Source of the DNA: a virus
Lineage: Duplodnaviria; Caudoviricetes
Strand: one strand, 5' to 3'
Virus record (IMG/VR): IMGVR_UViG_3300025630_000025
Coordinates: 1-37,073 of that record
Length of the DNA stretch: 37,073 nucleotides
This document shows positions 36,491 to 37,073 of the stretch, piece by piece. The stretch's first letter is position 1, and each line of letters starts with the position of its first letter. The translations under genes were made by a program, and so were the position numbers. The notes under the pieces were generated by a model, which saw only the letters and a program-made list of their open reading frames with translations, had not been told where the DNA came from and made no database searches.

Positions 36491-36585
36491 TGGATAGCCC
36501 AAGCGCAGGCGAGGACCATAAACGCCATCGCCAGGTCGAAGACAAACGCAAGAATCGCAACTATGATGAAAACAGCCTTACGCAT
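36487..36585 (-). CDS. 32-aa hydrophobic peptide
   Basis: Manual ORF MRKAVFIIVAILAFVFDLAMAFMVLACAWAIQ with GAGGG RBS. Confidence 0.4.
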   Translation of the reverse strand: MRKAVFIIVAILAFVFDLAMAFMVLACAWAIQ

Positions 36586-36679
36586 GATACCCTCATGTGT
36601 TGGTTAGGCCCTGCCATCACCTGTTAGCGCAGGCGGCGGGGCCGCTTCGTTTGAAGCCCGCACACTATGCGCTCAGTCC

Positions 36680-36860
36680 GTAGCCAAATCGCTAAAAGCC
36701 CAAGCGTATCAATGGGGATGTTTCTGCACTTAGCCGCGCCAAGCCTTTGAATTCATTGCACTTCGAGACTTCAGCTGGGCTCACCAACTGCAAAAAATAT
36801 CTTTTGTCTTTCAATGGCTTAGGTAAATTTTTGGCTAAGAGGTTATAACCTTAGCCACGT
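36680..36860. other. Putative attP
   Basis: Non-coding region next to the integrase 3' end. Contains a tRNA-3'-like CAGCTGGGCTCACCA (36772-86), TAGCC repeats in both orientations, and inverted AAGCCwTTGAA motifs (36741-51, 36810-20). Confidence 0.55.
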
Positions 36861-37073
36861 TCCTGTTCCCGCTTCAGGCCGTCTGCCGCCTGTTTCGCAA
36901 GACGCTCTTGGCTTGCCGCGCGGGTGTATCGCTCGACCTCTGCCAGTGATCTGTGGCCCGTTATTGCCATGATCTCGTGAACGGACTTCCCCGCCTCTGC
37001 TAGTCTTCGCGCCGCTGCCTTGCGCAAGCCATGCGCTGACACCTTCAGCCCCGCCTCGTTGCATCGATCCCGG
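36851..37073 (-). CDS. int: Tyrosine integrase, C-terminal part (runs off the right edge)
   Basis: RDRCNEAGLKVSAHGLRKAAARRLAEAG...ITGHRSLAEVERYT contains HxxR, GH and the catalytic Y. Confidence 0.92.
   Translation of the reverse strand, partial: RDRCNEAGLKVSAHGLRKAAARRLAEAGKSVHEIMAITGHRSLAEVERYTRAASQERLAKQAADGLKREQERG

Noticed and set aside
36760-36786. Possible tRNA gene
   Set aside because: Only a 3'-end-like segment is present and no cloverleaf forms upstream; treated as an att core.

Overview
Most of a temperate, probably alphaproteobacterial, short-tailed (P22-like portal/terminase, N4-gp56-type capsid) phage genome. It runs from the partial repressor (left edge) through cro, replication, packaging, head, a glycosyltransferase cassette, tail/ejection, tail fibre, lysis and an ART-like gene to a probable intact attP and the integrase C-terminus (right edge). 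Two closely related group I introns interrupt virion genes. One lies in the major capsid gene (15339-16137) and carries an HNH gene in L6. The other is ORF-less and lies in the tail-fibre gene (27888-28135). Just upstream of the ORF-less intron, a free-standing HNH-like gene has apparently inserted into the start of the tail-fibre gene. The first nine codons (MATGVKSWS) occur on both sides of it, synonymously recoded. Product calls come from motif recognition and gene order, not from database searches.
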